Shown one piece after another: positions 18,360-19,615 of a DNA stretch of 19,615 bases (position 1 is the first letter of the stretch; each line of letters opens with the position of its first letter). Made by a program: the position numbers and the translations under genes. Source of the DNA: Fidelibacterota bacterium. GTDB lineage: Bacteria > Fidelibacterota > Marinisomatia > Marinisomatales > TCS55. Under the pieces are notes generated by a model, which saw only the letters and a list, made by a program, of their open reading frames with translations, ran no database searches and was not told the origin of the DNA. The stretch spans positions 1-19,615 of the forward strand of contig JAPNQO010000100.1 in assembly GCA_027251445.1 (NCBI GenBank). Direction: 5' to 3'.

Positions 18360-19529
18360 ATGAAAAATATTGGACCTGATTATTATAATATATCTGAGGA
18401 GTTGTCTGAAGAAGAGTTGCTCATTCAGCAGACTGCAAATGAATTTGTCCAGAATGAGTTTCTACCAATAATTAATGAGCATTTTGAAGCAGGTACATTC
18501 CCTAAAGAAATAATTCCTAAACTAGGCGATTTAGGCTTTCTTGGTTCATCTTTGCCAATTGAATCAGGTGGCGCAGGCGTAAGTAATGTAGCATACGGAT
18601 TAATTTTACATGAACTTGAGAGGGGAGACTCAGGTCTTCGTTCATTTGCAAGCGTTCAAGGCTCTTTAGTAATGTATCCTATTTATTCTTATGGGAGCAC
18701 AGAACAAAAAGAAAAGTGGTTGCCTGGCTTAGGTAAGGGCAATCTGATTGGATGTTTTGGTTTGACAGAACCCAATTATGGTTCTAATGCTGGAGGAATG
18801 GCAACTACAGCAAGGAAAGACGGGGATGATTGGTTAATTAATGGTTCAAAAATGTGGATTACAAATGGTAGTGTTGCGGATGTTGCTATTGTATGGGCTA
18901 AGGATGAAGAAGGTATTGTGCGTGGGTTTCTATTAGAGAAGGGAATGGATGGATTTACTAGCAATGATATTCATGGTAAAATCAGTTTAAGAGCATCTAT
19001 TACATCTGAATTATCTATGGTGAATGTTAGAGTGCCGGACTCTTCTCGTTTACCTGACATTGAAGGAATGAAAGGGCCATTATCTTGTCTTACTCAAGCA
19101 AGATATGGTATTACATGGGGTATGACTGGCTGTGCAACTGATTGCTATTTATCTGCCTTAAATTATTCAAAGGAAAGAAAGCAATTTTCTAAATCCATTG
19201 CTGGATACCAATTAACCCAAGCAAAGCTTGCAGAAATGTTAACTAGAATTACTAATGCACAATTAATGGTAATGAAACTAGGTAGAATGAAAGATGCTGG
19301 GACTATGACATTTCATCAAGTTTCAATGGCAAAAAGAAATAATTGTGCTATGGCTAGAGATATTGCAAGAGTATCCAGAGAAATTCTGGGAGCCAACGGT
19401 GTCACGTTAGATTATTCTCCAATAAGACATATGGCAAATATTGAATCAGTATTTACATACGAAGGCACTCATGATATGCATACCCTAATTGTAGGTGAAG
19501 ACATTACAGGTATACCTGCATTTGATTAG
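18360..19529 (+). CDS. gcdH: Acyl-CoA dehydrogenase, glutaryl-CoA dehydrogenase-like
   Basis: ELERGDSGLRSFASVQGSLVMYPI, GCFGLTEP..GS, GSKMWITN, LRASIT and TYEGTHDMH (catalytic Glu) form the motif set typical of the GCDH subfamily. Confidence 0.78.
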   Translation: MKNIGPDYYNISEELSEEELLIQQTANEFVQNEFLPIINEHFEAGTFPKEIIPKLGDLGFLGSSLPIESGGAGVSNVAYGLILHELERGDSGLRSFASVQGSLVMYPIYSYGSTEQKEKWLPGLGKGNLIGCFGLTEPNYGSNAGGMATTARKDGDDWLINGSKMWITNGSVADVAIVWAKDEEGIVRGFLLEKGMDGFTSNDIHGKISLRASITSELSMVNVRVPDSSRLPDIEGMKGPLSCLTQARYGITWGMTGCATDCYLSALNYSKERKQFSKSIAGYQLTQAKLAEMLTRITNAQLMVMKLGRMKDAGTMTFHQVSMAKRNNCAMARDIARVSREILGANGVTLDYSPIRHMANIESVFTYEGTHDMHTLIVGEDITGIPAFD

Positions 19530-19548
19530 TATTTAGCAGGAGGTAAAA

Positions 19549-19615
19549 ATGAAACGTCGTGATTTTATAAAATCAGGAGCAATTGGTCTTGTTGCATCAA
19601 GTTCATTATTGAATA
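19549..19615 (+). CDS. 3'-truncated protein with twin-arginine (Tat) signal peptide
   Basis: Strong SD AGGAGGT (19538-19544), then ATG: MKRRDFIKSGAIGLVASSSLLN..., matching RRxFxK followed by a hydrophobic stretch. Runs off the window. Confidence 0.8.
   Translation, partial: MKRRDFIKSGAIGLVASSSLLN

Noticed and set aside
585..18964. Short opposite-strand ORFs (585-830, 1852-2046, 5117-5395, 5429-5629, 8934-9416, 9459-9647, 10584-10766, 11661-11882, 12005-12220, 13685-14026, 16670-16876, 18776-18964)
   Set aside because: All are shadows lying antisense to well-supported genes, with no family motifs of their own.

Overview
AT-rich (roughly one-third GC by eye), gene-dense bacterial chromosomal segment with no mobile elements, CRISPR, rRNA or tRNA detected. 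The gene content and style suggest a streamlined marine FCB-group organism such as Marinimicrobia, which is inference only. There are three blocks. (1) + strand 1-4860: a YD-like partial gene, an outer-membrane beta-barrel, a secreted TPR-like protein, a Nudix hydrolase, queG, elbB and a Rieske ferredoxin. (2) - strand 8072-4855: RNase E/G, rplU, rpmA, a terminator and mdh. (3) + strand 8470-end: metH, peptidase E, a TPMT-like methyltransferase, a CysQ/IMPase, thyX, a fused E1 alpha/beta ThDP 2-oxoacid dehydrogenase, an atypical FabD-like acyltransferase, a glutaryl-CoA dehydrogenase-like gene and the start of a Tat-exported protein. Two signals stand out. The first is an unannotated SAM-II-type riboswitch in front of metH with a complete terminator/antiterminator switch. 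The second is an E1(alpha-beta) + non-malonyl FabD-like transferase + GCDH module with no E2/E3/lipoyl or ACP gene nearby, a candidate undescribed route from a 2-oxoacid (e.g. 2-oxoadipate) to acyl-CoA.
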